This document shows positions 39,944-58,790 of a DNA stretch of 64,000 nucleotides, in pieces. The notes under the pieces were generated by a model. The model made no database searches. It saw only the letters and a list, made by a program, of their open reading frames with translations, and was not told the DNA's origin. Source of the stretch: Ptychomitrium polyphyllum (Eukaryota); the NCBI GenBank assembly GCA_973851085.1, contig OZ316775.1, positions 22,506,001-22,570,000 of the forward strand, read 5' to 3'. A program made the translations under genes and the position numbers. Within the stretch, counting starts at the first letter, position 1, and every line of letters starts with the position of its first letter.

Positions 39944-41199
39944 ATGGGGTACTCGTCGTTACCAGCTATCTTCAAGTTGGTGATTCACGCCTTAGTCACA
40001 GCCATCTTCACATCATACAAAGAGCCTCTAGGACCTGGAGAATGGGGGAGACGATACACTGACCTAATCAATCAATCCCCTATCGACCCCGTCCCTCTTC
40101 ACCTTCCTCAAAATCATGTAACCAAAGGGGTCTATGCACACAACAATATTCTTCAACACCTGACAAAGTTTGGAGATGGATTGCTGCTGCTACCAGAAGA
40201 CCTGGTGGTGGATCCAACCGGAACATTCTTATACGTGACTAACCAAGATGGATGGATCAAAAAATACCACTTCTCAAATGCCAAAGTGGAGAATTGGACA
40301 TACGTCGGAGGAAGACCACTAGGGATTGCTCTGGACAATGCCGCCAATGTTCTCGTCTGCGAACCAGGCCAAGGCCAACTGATTCAGGTCAGCGAAGGAC
40401 AAACTCCATCGTGCTTGATGTTCACGGTCTGGTTTTGTTGCTAAAAGCTTGAATTGATTGCTGACAACCTGCGTGAATTTGAAACGTTCTGAAGGTTAGC
40501 AAAGAGACGGGTGCCAAGACGATTCTGACGACTGAAGCGGAGGGGGTGAAGTTCGGCCTCATCGACTCAGTGATTGTTGCCTCAGATGGCCTCATCTATT
40601 TTACCGATGCGTCGTCCAAGTACAACCTCAGCATCTGGTGGTACGACGTACTCGAAGCAAGACCACATGGGCGACTCCTGGTGTACAATCCCACGACGAC
40701 GTCCACTACAGTTTTAGTAAAGAACTTACAGTTCGCAAACGGCATCACTCTTTCGAAAACTGAGGAGTATCTTATCTTCTGTGAGTCAACTCTCGCGAGG
40801 GTCTCGAAGCATTACCTCAAGGGACGCAAGAAAGGGAAAACAGAAATCTTTATCGACAATCTGCCAGGCCATCCGGACAATATCCACAGAAACAAGGCGG
40901 GAACTAGATTCTACATCGCCATGCTCGGCAACCAGAACGCGCTCACAGATTTCGTCTTCCAAACTCCCGTCTTGAAGCACCTCTTGGCTTGGGACGACAA
41001 GATCTGGGGCTTGTACAGTAACATGCCCCACATAGCGAGGGTTTTGGAGGTCGATGGACATGGGAAGCCTCTCCACATGTACGAAGACCCTACCGGGAAG
41101 GTTATTGGCATGGTAACAACTGGGGTACCCTCTGACGATGGCTACCTCTACATCAGTGGATTGCGAGATAACTTTGTCGGCCGCATCAAGATGCTATAA
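39944..41199 (+). CDS. Strictosidine synthase-like (SSL/APMAP-type six-bladed beta-propeller), 2 exons
   Basis: Exons 39944-40387 and 40495-41199. N-terminal hydrophobic segment; PEDLVVD, GGRPLGI, IYFTDASSKY, GRLLVYNP, FANGITLS, NLPGHPDNI. Retained metal-ligand-type motifs suggest the SSL hydrolase type rather than a true strictosidine synthase. Confidence 0.93.
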
Positions 41200-42461
41200 A
41201 TAACCAACATGAGTTTTACTCACACTTCGAAGCCAAGGATTCGACGTGTTTATAAAATCTTGCTAGGGTTATGATCACAGAGCAGTAGCCGAACAGTCAC
41301 TACAGAATAGATAGATAGGACATAGCCAGCTCAAAACCTCCACCAGAAAAACTGCTCGTGAATAAGCGTTGTAGTCGACAATCTATCAATGTCAAGGTTC
41401 TCAGGAAACAATGTTACGCGACCACAAACGTTGTTACTGCTTGTGTTTGTCAATGTTAAGATCACCTTACAATCTCTGACAGAGAACAAGAGAGTCAACC
41501 TAATTCTCTGCACGGGAAAACCTAGTCAATCATCTAGTCACTAACACCCCACAGAAACAAACCATGATAATATCAACTGCTACAGAAAAATAACTTCCAT
41601 ACCTTGCAATCTCCCAACATGTAAACTGCGCTGATGTTCATAAAACATGAGCTTCATAAGAATCCTGGCCAAATTGATTCAGGGATTCCTGATGAGTAGT
41701 ATCAATGGGTAAACAGGAGCATCACCTTTTTTAACTCATCGCTAACATGTGCTTGAAAATTGCAACCCTACTGAAGCTCTCTGTTCTAGATGCAGAGCTT
41801 CATTTGGGAAATGAATTGAACTTTCGCTTCATGGAGGTGGTAACGTACCCTTTTTCCGTGACGCCCAACTCTGCGACCATCTCCACCGCAGCACTCTACG
41901 CAAGGCTGGTATAGAATACGTTCTAGATCACCGCAAGCTTTCGTTCCCAGTTGACCATGTGTGAGAACGGTGCAGTACCATAGTGCCTCGAAGCTTGCAA
42001 GGCAGGAATCCTCTTCGATCTTGCCCCACGACTTCCTGCAAAGATTTCAGAGCTCGTGAGTGGGAGCCAAGCTGGGTTTGTGGAGCGTGCGAACATCACC
42101 ATCTGCTCTTTGCGGCTGCAGCGTGGGAGTTTCGGAGGCTGTTTCTGCGTTGGGTTTGCTGTCACAATAGTGTTTCGCCCGCATCAGGTGCTGCTTCTAT
42201 GCAATTAGGGTTTCGCTGCTGATGCTCTTGCAGTGAGGATTCGTCAAGATACGGAGGCGAAAACTATATGTGACGTCGAAGCGTAGGATTTTGGGTGCAG
42301 AGATCTGGAATTCGAGTTTTTGCGTCTTGTGATAATGTTGACTTGATTTTGTGGAGGTTTCGTCGCGTGGCGAAGCTAGGGTAACATTGTTTTGAGCGTT
42401 TGGTGCAGCAGTGAGTCACTTTGGAGAAAGGAGGTGGATTTTGGGCTGCGGTTTTTGAGCT

Positions 42462-43517
42462 ATGGCACATCAGGAGCAAGGGATTGGAAACGGGGTGCGT
42501 TCAAATGAGCCGCAATTGGGAATCCCGTATCCAGGTCCAGCGTATGGCTACCCGGCGGCTGGAATGACGACTGCGCCTCTTCAGCAAATGCCGCCGCAGT
42601 ACTACACGCAGCAGAATCCCTACACGGCGGGTATGAGGCCGCCTAATGCGATTTATGGGCCTCCTCCTCCCGGGATGGGTTTGCAGGATACCTACTTTGC
42701 GGATACGCGCGCCCCCTTTGAATGCCCTCATTGCGGCAAGCCTGGTCTAACGGATGTCAAGTATGTTGGATCCTCAGTCCCCTTTTCCTCAGCTCAATTT
42801 TCTGTTTATCTTGAAAGATGATTGTATGTCATTGATTTGTCTTATATAATTTTTATTTTTTCGGATGACATTATGTTTCCTTAAGGAAGAAACGTCACTC
42901 AATTGCTGTTTACAAAGTTTTGAGTATTTTACGTAATTGAAGGTTGGCCTTTTGACATAAAGATAGTTTTCACGTTGATGGAAACGGTTTTTAGAGCTTG
43001 AGTTTGTAATGTTTCTGATTTCGGGTTTGGTTTCTGCGGCTGTGTGCTCAATGTATTTGCTGTGTTTGATTCATGAAGAGGAAATGACAGTTGAGAAGAC
43101 GTCGCTGATGGTCGTGGTACTTTTCTTACAGATCGTCTCTTAGCCCTGCAGCGTGGGTTGCATGCTTGGCGTCCCTTGTCGGGGTGTGCTTCGTAACTCG
43201 TTCATGTGATTGTTTGTGGCACAAGCACCATTACTGTGAACATTGTGGAGAGAAGGTACGCATCTCGTTCTCCTACTTTCTGTAGTCAGAAGTGGAGACT
43301 TCGTGATATGGATGTACAAACTGGTGATTGTTGATATGGTTTGATATGCATAAATTCCGTCTTGTTTTAGATGTCGATGTAACTCTGGGCATGAAAGGAC
43401 AGTGGACCTGAAGACGGATTTGGTTGCATGCAGGTGGCAGATTTCATGAAGGATGATCTATGCTTATTTGCGGATCCTCCACGTTGGACGGAGCCCAGTT
43501 ATGCTGTACCTGCTTGA
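42462..43517 (+). CDS. GILP: LITAF-domain zinc-ribbon membrane-associated protein (GILP-like), 3 exons
   Basis: Exons 42462-42760, 43132-43255, 43434-43517. Pro/Tyr-rich N-terminus, APFECPHCG, hydrophobic insert, DCLWHKHHYCEHCGEKVADF..DPPRWTEPSYAVPA. Confidence 0.92.
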
Positions 43518-45108
43518 GGTTTTTTGTTCTTGCCGACAATTATTTGCTTCACCGAGTTTTATTGCCTGTTGGCGGCATCTTGTAGGCTGGTGTTAGAAGA
43601 GGTGCCAATAATTGGCGGGATGAAAATTGTTCCGTCGAGTTGAACGTTTTCTACTGTCTGGACTTAATGGTTAGCTTCACTGTTGTAGCTGTGTGCCGTA
43701 TTGCGCCGACAACAGTACGTGACTAGAAGTTTTAGAGCTGCATGACAAGTAGTGGTATTCATATATATGGTGGAATGCATGTATATAGTGGTGGATGAAT
43801 CCATTATGTATTTTTTTCTTTTAGTGAAGTTAAGGTTTTGATCGAGGTCTATTCAAACCACTATCTTTTCAACACTAACACTGTCAAACAATTTTCAGAT
43901 CTGGAGAAGTTGCGTATTCATGTTACAAGTCTGTATATGTGCGTTTCAGTGGGCCGCAACAGGCACAATGTACCCAATCCTCACTGAAGATTACTAATGT
44001 GGAAGTCAGCGTTGGAGACTCAGAATCAACAACCTTCTGCTGTGTTAATTTATTATCACAGGTTCTTTTTTATGCAAGAGCCAGCAGGTTCTTAAGCAAG
44101 TCCATGGGAATTTATCAAGCAGATGAATGTCACAAACAGATGATGCTACTGAAATGCATCTACGAGAAGAAAGGTTAGACAATCGTTGCTGTGATCTACT
44201 CTAAAAACCTAGTTGGACTAGGTCATAGAAAATCCATGCAGAAGACTTGGAAAACTATTCTGTTACGGTTCTCTTTGGATTCAGGACGAGTTTTTGCATG
44301 TAGGCATGATGACATCCATTAAAGTGTTTGAACAGTTCTCATGGAATATGTTTTCTAAGTGAAACCGACAACAAATTGTGCTTCTACTTTGTAAGTTAGA
44401 TGGGCTGCCAGCTACATAAACTTACATGCCATCTTACTTTAACACATCATCATACATGAACACATCATTGTCAGAAAATCCTAGAACCTTGTGTGGGTAT
44501 TGTTAGGTGATGTGGCATTGGGTGCCAAGTCAAGTCATGTTGAATGGATGTGTTGTAGTTCAATTTAGGGAGTTTTCATCCATTTAATATAAATTCTATG
44601 ATAGTTGGTTTTTGGTGCCATTTAGGGCTTGGAGGAAGTATTAAGTCAAAAAATTTCTTTAATTTGGTTTTTTTTTGTCAAATCAAGTTTTGTAAGTGTA
44701 GCTTGAGAGAAAAAGACCTTACCAAGGTTTACTTGAAGATGGTGATGTAACTATTTGATGAAGTCTTAAGTTTCTTTTTACATTTGTATTCTTAGATTAT
44801 TTCTTTGTAATATAAGCAATACCTTAATTTATACAGTGCGATTTCTTCTTTATAGTCATGGCAAAGGATGTGAAATTTTTATAATTTTGAATAGTTGGAT
44901 TTTCTTGATTCAATTTTCTTTTTATATCCAACAATGAAAATGTAAAAATAAGATTTTTTTGTAGAGAAGAAATCAAATAAATTAGTCCATAAGTAGAGGT
45001 TGTAGGTTGGTTGTCCACTCCTTATTGTTAATTGTAAGCTTCTTTTCCATTAATCAAGCCTCCCTTCTGTTAATCATTCTTGCAAGCCTCTTACACTGCC
45101 ATACATGT

Positions 45109-46830
45109 GTCACGGACATAGATTATGCAACATAGCCTTTAGAACCTTTTAAAACCTTCTAGTATATTATTGTAGCTTTTTTGAATATTTTCAAATGTTT
45201 CCATAGCCGTTTTTGCATTTTTAGGAAATTTCCTAAAAAAGTTCCACTACCTTAAGAAATTTCCTATGAAGGTTCCATTCATCTCAAGAAACTACCTAGG
45301 AAAATTTCATCACTTCAAGAAACTTCCTAGGAAGGTTCCGCCACCTCATAAAACTTCCTAAGAAGATTCCATCACTTTTGGAAATTCCCAACAAAGGTTC
45401 TAATTCCTTGGAAGCTTCTTAAAAAGGTTCCAATATCTTAGGAAACGTCTTGGGAAGGTTCCATAGACTTCTAGAACATTCTTAAGCCTTATAGGAAGCT
45501 TCTTTAGAAGTATCCTAAGAGATATAAGCGTCATAGTATAAATAGGAAGCAAGACAAGGTATTCCTTAGTCTTGCCAATACACGTTGTGGATCATCTTGT
45601 ATCCTGCCTTGTTCTAGTCTTTGTATCAAGTTCTTGTTAATAATTAGTTCTTTGGAAGCTAATTCTTGGGAAACACTTTGTTTCTGCTTTTGTTTCTTAT
45701 GTTCTTAATAGCATGTAAGGTAGCGCACATAATTACATGCTAGCACCACCTTTGTTCAATTCCTAATGTGGCCTATAAGATTGTAGTAATGGCAGGTATA
45801 ATGTAAGTTGCCTTTAGTCCTTTAGATAGTTGCAAAGTAGAGAGTGCTATGTTGAGTTCATTTTCATTCTAAAATAAGATACTACTGTTAATTTAACTTT
45901 GACAACATTTAAGGATACCAAATATAATGCTTTAGTGGTGGAATTGTCCTAAGGAAAAACAACTCATCTACCTTATCAAAGATGATTCTAGCTATATGAG
46001 AAATTTTGTCTATTATAAAAAAACCACCAATATTTGATCTATTTATAGCACATTTGGAATATGAAGGCTTTGGATGTAATCAAATATAATGCATTTAGGA
46101 CTTTTGACTTGAAAAGGAAAATACACCTTACACTATATACAATTATTAGATATAATTTGTAATTAAATTAGGAAATATATTTATTAAGAACTAACTTGCC
46201 AAAATATTTTGTCAAAGTTTGACAAATGGCTTTTGATTTGGCTACAATACAACTTATTTTCAATTACAATGGCAAAACAATGTTGGCTCAAGCATTTGCC
46301 TAATTATGGCTTTTCCTTCTAGCTTGTCAATATGGCTCAAGCATTTGCCTAATCTTTGTCAATATGATGCCATTGACTTGATTTCTTGAATGACAAATAA
46401 TGCTAAGAAATAGAAGGTTGTTATAGTTATAGGAAGCTTTGCAAATATTTAGCTAAAAAAGACTTTGTATTGTTGGAGATGTAATGAAACTAATCATATA
46501 AAGAATGATTCTAAAGAAGTATAAAAAGAAAATAAATATGGCCAAGCTAGAAGAAAAGTCCAAAAAAAAACAAATGAAGTGTACTCATTGTAATAGGATC
46601 AATATCAATGAAGATCATTTTTTCATTTTGCATCCAAAAAAACAACTTCTTTGAAAGAAACAAAGGACATTGGAAGCCGAGGTTACAAAATTAGAAAAGA
46701 AATTCAAGATAATGCTTTTATTGGCCAAGTTACAAAGTCTCGTATGACTTTTGGTATAAGAGTAGATATTTATGTTTCAAATATTTATATATTGGGAGCA
46801 TTTGGATAAACGATAGATATGATTGCCATT
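45109..46830 (+). mobile_element. LTR retrotransposon remnant: LTR (~45109-45904) plus decayed gag with zinc knuckle
   Basis: LTR begins TGTCACGG and ends TTGACA, with a TATAAATAGG box at ~45537. Downstream KCTHCNRI..NEDH(F)FILHP at ~46577-46636 resembles a decayed CCHC gag knuckle. Confidence 0.7.
45224..45470. repeat. About 8 degenerate ~31-bp tandem units inside the LTR (consensus ~AGAAACTTCCTAGGAAGGTTCCATCACCTCA)
   Basis: Directly visible periodic GAAA(C/T)TTCCT...AAGGTTCC units. Confidence 0.85.
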
Positions 46831-47135
46831 GCTAAAAACATAAGAAACAAGAAATAGACATAAAGTGGTTCCCAAAAATTAACTTCTAAAGAACTAATGA
46901 TTAATAAGAATTAATACAAAGACTAGAACAAGGACACAAACACAAGTATGATCCACAACGTGTGTTGGCAAGACTAAGGTATACCTTGTTTTACCTCCTA
47001 TTTATACTATGAGACTTGTATTTCTTAAGATATTCTTAAAAAAGATTCCTATAAAGCTTAAGAGTATTTTAGAAATCTATGGAATCATCCTAAGAAGTTT
47101 CCAAAACAAGTAGAACCTTCCTCAGAAGTTTTTCA
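46828..47135 (-). mobile_element. Partial second copy of the same LTR in inverted orientation
   Basis: Reverse complement matches ~45395-45715, e.g. CAAGGTAT(T/A)CCTTAGTCTTGCCAA(T/C)ACACGTTGTGGATC and CCTTGTTCTAGTCTTTGTAT. Confidence 0.85.
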
Positions 47136-48436
47136 AAATTGGCCAAGCTTAGTAATATTATAATTTAATCTTGTAGTTGTTGATATTCCAACTCACTTTA
47201 ACTATCCAACTTTAGCACATAAAAAGTCTATGATAATAACCATAGTAATCTTTCATACTTCATTGGTAACAAGAGTGATTGTTTTTTTTAATATTGTGGC
47301 TAAATTTACTTGGAAGCAGCAATACTTGTAATCAAGACTAATACAACTTATTAATAATAAAAATGTGCTTGTCATTTGCTCCATAAATGGCATTACCATT
47401 TATGTTACACCATTGTGAATTATGATGGACTTTGATGTTGAGTTGATTATGATTGATTAGTGGTTTGCCCATTAGTTAGGTTCCAAAAGTTGCAAAGATT
47501 TAAATTAGTTATTTTGCCATTGTAACATCATTTGATAGCATGAATTCTACTATAGGCTATATTTGACAATCATTGCAATTAATTTATAGCATTAATTTTG
47601 AATCTCTTTATTTATATTTGTTTCTACAATGTGTTGTAATTGGTGCTATCAACTATGATATTTTAGTTGAGCAACAAGCACTTTATCATTTTGTATGTTT
47701 ATATTCATTATATTGAAACAAAACGCACATTTTGAAACCTCCATTCCTAATCTTGGAGGTTCTAAAATGTCACAAATTGATACTCTAAAATGTCTTAGTT
47801 TAATTAATATGGTGTTTTACTTTGATTTAGACAATTAAATCTGGGAAGCATGGACTAAATTTAATTTGACTATAAGACAAGGAAGAATTGTTTTGACTAT
47901 CTTTAAAACCATACAAAGTCTTCAATGACATGGACATAGCGAGTTTAACAAATAAACATGATCCACCGCCTTTAGGGTTCCCACACACAACATTACAACA
48001 CACCACCTTTACGAATCCATTTCCACCGCAGAGCACACATGTAGACATTGTGACTTCACCAGAACCATTGGAGGTAGCAGATGTTATTGGCACTGAACGG
48101 GAAGAAACTGGAAGACTTGTCTTGCTGCTGTGTCTGCTTCAAATACTTTCGAGTCATGCTCTTTCCTATGCATGATTGGTGCATCTCAAAAAAATTCGAT
48201 TGATTGAGGTTTAGCATATCTTTACACCGCATATACATGGTTGTGCCCACAAGCTTCTGAAATTTTCTTCTCTCATTCCAAGTATGGAGATCGATACTGG
48301 TTAGATTTGCAGCTTTGCTTACACATACACTACCTCTGTCTGGTCCTTGAGATTTCTTCCTAAGGTGCAGTTGTTGCATAGTAGAAGTCTAGTATGCGAT
48401 GCAGTTTTTCGGTTGATCTTAGAGCATCCGGACAGG

Positions 48437-50472
48437 ATGAATCGGTCAGTGCCTCTTGTTATCTTTCGTGACCTGATAACTGTATGGTTTCAAGGGGGTC
48501 TCGCAGCGAATGTTTTGGTCTCTGACGGAGCAAAATTTGTGGTAAACGCCAGTCATTACCTCAGTGTACCTGACCACTACTATTTAGTGATGCAGCCAGA
48601 CTGCGCTCTCGGTCTATACAATCAATCGGGACGTCCTGTCGCGAGCAGTAGGAACTCAACGAGTTCAAGACTTGATCTGCAAGGAAATTGGAGCCTCTGG
48701 CTGCAGACTGATGAACACCTTGTAAGCTTCAAATTAAACAGTTCAAACTACTTAAATCACAACCAGTTACAAGAAATATGGAACCAGGGATATTCCACCG
48801 TGGATTTAGATTCTGCTCCTAGGAGGCGATGGCCGTCTCAGATTCTACGACTATAACATCGACAGCACATGTCATAATAGAACTGGTACTATGAATGAAA
48901 CCGGCTAGTTTAGAAACGTTAACGCAAGCGCTGCCCTTGTGTACAAGAAGTTCGTTCTGAGCGATTTCAAGGCATGGAAACCATCCAGACTATAATACTA
49001 CAAGTTGCAGAATGTACATTGGAGTTTGAATCTCACAGTTCACATTAAAAATTTGGCAGGATTGACCATGTGCCAATTCCCCATCTTCTCTGATTATCTC
49101 ATACTTTAAAGTATGCTGGCACATGGTCAACATCCCTGCTCAAAGCTTGGTACTTGCAACTGCAGGGCTTGAGTATCTGCATCAGAAGTGCTCTCCACAG
49201 ACTATCCATCGCGACGTCAAGAGCACAAACATTCTACTGACACACAAGTTGGTTGCCATAGTTGCCGACTTTGGGCAGTCAAAACTGATAACTTGGTCAG
49301 GAAGACGCCACCCACGTCACAACAGCTGTGAAAGGGACTCCGGTTATCTTGATCCGGAGTAAGGCTTGTCTGTCCAGGATTGCATCGAACAAAGAAGGAT
49401 ATATGACGTGCATAGGTCACGTGTGCTGGATTCTGTGTACTTCGGTCTTGAGGTGTTGAACCACATTGATGACATCACGTATATTAAATAATGCTGATAT
49501 TAGCTAGTCTTGATTTGCAAATGAACTGCAGACACCATGAAACAGGGCTGCTTACGGAGAAGAGTGATGTGTACGCGTTGGAAGTTGTGATGTTAGAGAT
49601 CCTGACAGGACGACATCAAATGTTTATTGCTCAGGGGGTAAGCTCTAATAGCCAAACTGTTGATCTGAGGTGATAAGCTGTGATGCATTGATGCCTACGA
49701 ATTAGGTTTTGACAAAGTAAAACACTTCGGACGTCCGACATCGACGTCCAACATCAAAATAAGAAGAACTGTACTAAAACCACAGCTATCTTACATGGTT
49801 TCCCCCAGATTACTCCCTGTGCGTCTCACTTTTCCCATCGAGCCTCAGAACTTGACACTTGTTGAAACTTTCCGTCAACTTTCCTTCTACAAGTAGGTGC
49901 TTAAGCTTAAGCAGATACGTACAGATGTCAGACCTGAGAATTACAGGGTAGTCTGAGATTCATAAGGAATTTACACAGGGAATCATAATTGAGTCCTTGG
50001 TGTTCAACATATATTCTGTTAGCCTATTCTTCCTAAACCTCAGACGCAGTGAGCTTAGAATAGAGAGTCTAGGAGTCACTATTTTGAGGATAACTACATG
50101 CTGAAATGGAAGATGCTGGTCATTTCTGGTAAACTCAAAATTCTTGACAGTGTCGTTGGACAGGTTCGCGATGCTTGGAGATTGGAACGATTCGATGAAA
50201 TAGCAGATCCAAAAACGAGGGACGATCATGATAGAGAAAAGCTTGTGGAGCTGGCACTGTGGTGTGCAAGGACGAGTAGTCCGGCGAGGCCACCTCTGGA
50301 CGAGGTCGTGCGAAGGCTCCATGATATAATGTTGTTCCTCCCTGAGCTTTCTACAATGGAATCATTCGAGGAACGAGGGCAACGTTTCAGAAGCATCGAA
50401 CTCATGGCGCTAATCTTGGGCAATATATCTAGTGACCTGTGCCTTTCAGTGAATTGGTTACCAGCAGCATGA
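48437..50472 (+). pseudogene. Bulb-type (B/G-type) lectin receptor-like kinase pseudogene
   Basis: Signal-like N-terminus and lectin repeats YYLVMQPDCALGLYN, LWLQTDEHLV, LGGDGRL (frameshifted). Kinase pieces GLEYLH..IHRDVKSTNILL..VADFG, HVTTAVKGT/GYLDPE (frameshifts), TEKSDVY..LEILTGR, LALWC..RPPLDEVVRRL. No recognisable TM or N-lobe. Confidence 0.8.
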
Positions 50473-50735
50473 AACATTAAATTTATAATAATGGGAAATT
50501 TCCAAGTCCCAAAATAATCTTAATGATGGAATAGATTTAGAAGAGATGATTTATCAATTTTTTGAAGTTATATAATAAATTTCTAGCCAATAGATGAGCC
50601 ACAATAATCAAAAGTCACTAAAATTACTCTTTTACGGTTTATAAGATATGTGATTTAACTTGATTTGAGTTAAATCCATAGAGACTACTCTAGTGCCACA
50701 ATTGTGTTTTTGTCCCAGTATAATTAATACTGTTT

Positions 50736-52548
50736 TATGAGATATGAAGTTCCTCGGGCATAGCCAGAATGTCATCCATTGTGTCACCAGATTGACCCTC
50801 ATTCTCGCCCAGAATTTGGTCTTTCTGAATTGCCTGCGCCAATTTACCTCTGTTTTTCCTTTTAAATAAAAGTTCAAATGGTCCAAAAGGTAGATTCCAC
50901 CGAAGTAAGTTCATGGTAGTTTAAATATCCGCTTATGCTGTAGCTTACTTACCTGCTCGGAAATTTTGCCAACCTTTTGATGCATTTCCTGGTGTAGACT
51001 GCACATATGTTTGTGCAGAAATCTTAGGGGTCCTTATGGTGACCTATTTGGTAGCATTACCTCCAACAGACTCTTGAACGACATCGATCTCAAGACCCAA
51101 GTTTTTCTCATGCAGTACAGAAGTTAACGAGATTGAATTGTTGCTTGTGCATCCTCCATCGCTGGATTTAGATGAGCATTCTCCATGCCAACTTCGTGAT
51201 ATTGTACAATATACTTATAACTTAATCTAACGCATTTTCAAAGTTCACAGTAGCTTCGTACTGCCAAGTGCAGTTAGACTTTGGGTGCAAGTTGCAACTG
51301 TTACAAGGCTGTGATCAGTTATGCAGGGTGTGTGTGTGCGACTTGTCTTCTGGTTCTTACGAGTTCTGGAAGCTTGGTAACACTTTCTTTTACCACTCAA
51401 TGTTGTATTCTTCTCTGCGTCTGCTCTGCAGAGAAGAAAGGCTTCAGGTTGATACTGTCATACTGGAAACCACTCCCTTGGCTCAGTGATGTGCACCACG
51501 TTGCTGGCCGGGGCTTTGAAGTGAAAAGGAACGCGTCCACATATCGCATTAGGTGCTACGTGAATTTGCAACTAGACGAAGTTTGTATGAATTGTGAGGT
51601 GAATATTAGGGTGACAATCTGCATGCATGTGTTGATGTGGACTGTCCTTGAAAACTTTTTGTTTTGGTAAATGCCGAAGTAACCCTGTCCGAGCTCGCCC
51701 GATCAATTAGGTTTTGTCTCTGCATTTTCGGTAGCAGCTATATCCTTTAGCGTTGGGGTTTGTTGAGGTGGGCTTGATTCTTCTATGGTCCACTCTGACG
51801 TTACTTGCGTTGAAAATGGCAGAAATTTACTGCAACACCATCGAGTGGGTAGTTCGCGGATGGCGTTCAAGTTACTATTCCTGGGCATATCTCTTTGCAT
51901 GTTGAAGCACACGGCAAGAATTGTTTTCTGTGTGAGTTGCTTGGGGTTCGTTGTCTCGGTCCCTTCTTCAATCTTGTTTAGCTTTGCTAGAAAAGAATCA
52001 GAGTTTAGGGGTTTGATCATGATCTTCAAGATTTCCCTTTTCTGCTGTTAGGTCTACGCTGAGTTTAGCTGTGCTTGTCCCAAGTTCATTTTGGATACAT
52101 TACCTTGTGAACAGACGTAGTGAAAACGATTGGGTGGAGGGTGGTCTACAGAGCACAATCTCTATGTTGAGGTTTCCTTGTGCATTGCGTCGAGCAATTG
52201 CAACAGAAGCAGACCGGTTGGCCACAATGGGCCACTTTCGTCGTTCGCAGAGTAATAAATCTCTATTCGTTTGCTGTAAAGAAAAAAAGAAACTTTAAGG
52301 GGAAACAGAAAGAAGAACGCTCGCGAGCAGTGGTTGAGAGCCCAATGAAGACGAGATGAAGCTCGTCGATGGATGAAGAAGTAGGTACCGAACACACCAC
52401 CGAAGCCGCAGACAACCAGGACCTTGGACACTTCCATCACGGATTCTACACGCACTCCAGGTGCATACAACGCAACGCCATCCAGCTTGCACAACGCGAG
52501 TGGAAAGCTCGGAGCATTAGTAGTCGGTGGAGACTCGCAGCGCTCCAT
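50736..52548 (-). other. Possible orphan or decaying spliced gene, head-to-head with the helicase
   Basis: The last three putative exons (~51162-51060, ~50997-50952, ~50859-50736) join in phase to ...SVLHEKNLGLEIDVVQESVG-VYTRKCIKRLAKFPS-RKNRGKLAQ..EELHIS*. Upstream open segments could not be joined cleanly, and no homology was recognised. Confidence 0.3.
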
Positions 52549-52796
52549 TCGGTGCCCTGTTCGGTCCTGTATTTTGCAACTCCAAAATCAGGGTTTGCGA
52601 AGCTCTTCTGATTGCGGAGCACTCTCTCATTGCTCAGCAACCTTGATCAAATTGAGCAGCGGCATTGGGCATTGAGGAGTTGTCTCGCTTTTAGTTGGGT
52701 TCCAACCTTGGGTTTTCTTTTATTTTGTGCGAACCTTGAGAAAGATCTTGGGTTTGCTTTGCTTCGGCGGGGCCAGAGTTGTGAGACGGTGGCGTG

Positions 52797-57551
<4,755 letters not shown>

Positions 57552-58790
57552 AGTTCTTTTTTTCAAATTCCACTTCATAGTTCATCTCACGCGAGAAAGT
57601 AAGCAGAGGAGAAACTAAGCCAAATTGTTGCCTCTGAGTTAGGGTTAAAGGTTTCTGAAAATTGCAAGTTAGGCAAATGGGCCTTTATGAGGAAACGCAA
57701 CGCGGCAAAAATAGGAAATGAGTTCATACGGATAGCGTTCATTTTGCTACTTGGGTGACTTCAATAATGTAAACTGCAGGCGTAGGGAGTACTCGCCCCG
57801 AGTTCAGCATTTATGCGCAAATCATACATTAGGTCAACTTATCGTTATCAGATTTACATTGAGTCTGTCGGACTATCCTTTTCTTAGTCTTAGACGATTA
57901 TAGAAGCCCAGTAATCAGAGGTCTCTTATCGATTGGATCTAACACTCGGAAAGACGTTGATCTCACTCTGCAAAGAGTTGGCCAAAGTGTGGTCTGTCTC
58001 GACTTATATTTGCCACTTCGTCTGTTGCCACCCGTGATATGGATGCGCTAATACCAATGCTATGAATTTTTTATCTGCTGATATAAGGAAGAATCCCAAT
58101 TTAAAAGCCAGCTTTTGGAAATCCTGCAATTGGTGAAAGAAGTCAAGTTTCTAACTCTTCTTCGACAGGAAAAGAGCAGCACAGTCTTGAACCTTCATTG
58201 GAAGCTGTAGAACTTGCCATTTTCTGCGTCTGAAATTGCTGAAACTTACCGGTCTCAGCTCTCCATTGACTGGGGGGCTCCATCCATTGGAATCCACTGG
58301 CATGCCCCACTCGCCAACATTTCTCCATAGCCATTACCTGCACAGGATTTGACATGACCAAGGCAACTGAGTATCCAGTTTCGCAGCAACAGACTTGCAG
58401 CTGCCATCACTCCACAGAACTTTTACACACTGCACGAGTTTTACAGGTATGTGGAATCGCACGATCTCAAACACCTTAAGACCATCACATAGATGCACAC
58501 CACATCTCGATCAGGGCACCCCGACCTCTTGTAAGAGTTACTCACTTTTGGTTTGATATTTCACTTTTATATTGATATATATTTCAAATCATAGTAGATT
58601 ACATTGTATAGTATATAGCATTAGACTTGTGGTGCAAGATCATACGTTTTTCATGTTGATTAATTGATCAAATCTTGTTACTTGTATAACAAAGCCTTAC
58701 TAAGGGCATAGCCAACGGGCAAAAAAAAAATTGATTGTACTCTGGCTACTTTTATCTTCCACCCAGAAGCGCATAAACAAAACTAGTAGT

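Noticed and set aside
14535..43517. Functional cluster of cell-death/stress regulators (VAD1, PQT3-like, GILP)
   Set aside because: Interspersed with unrelated genes; nothing in the sequence indicates co-regulation.
45224..45470. Regularly spaced, partly palindromic ~31-bp repeats as a CRISPR array
   Set aside because: Contiguous degenerate tandem units with no unique spacers, inside an LTR in eukaryotic DNA, with no cas genes.
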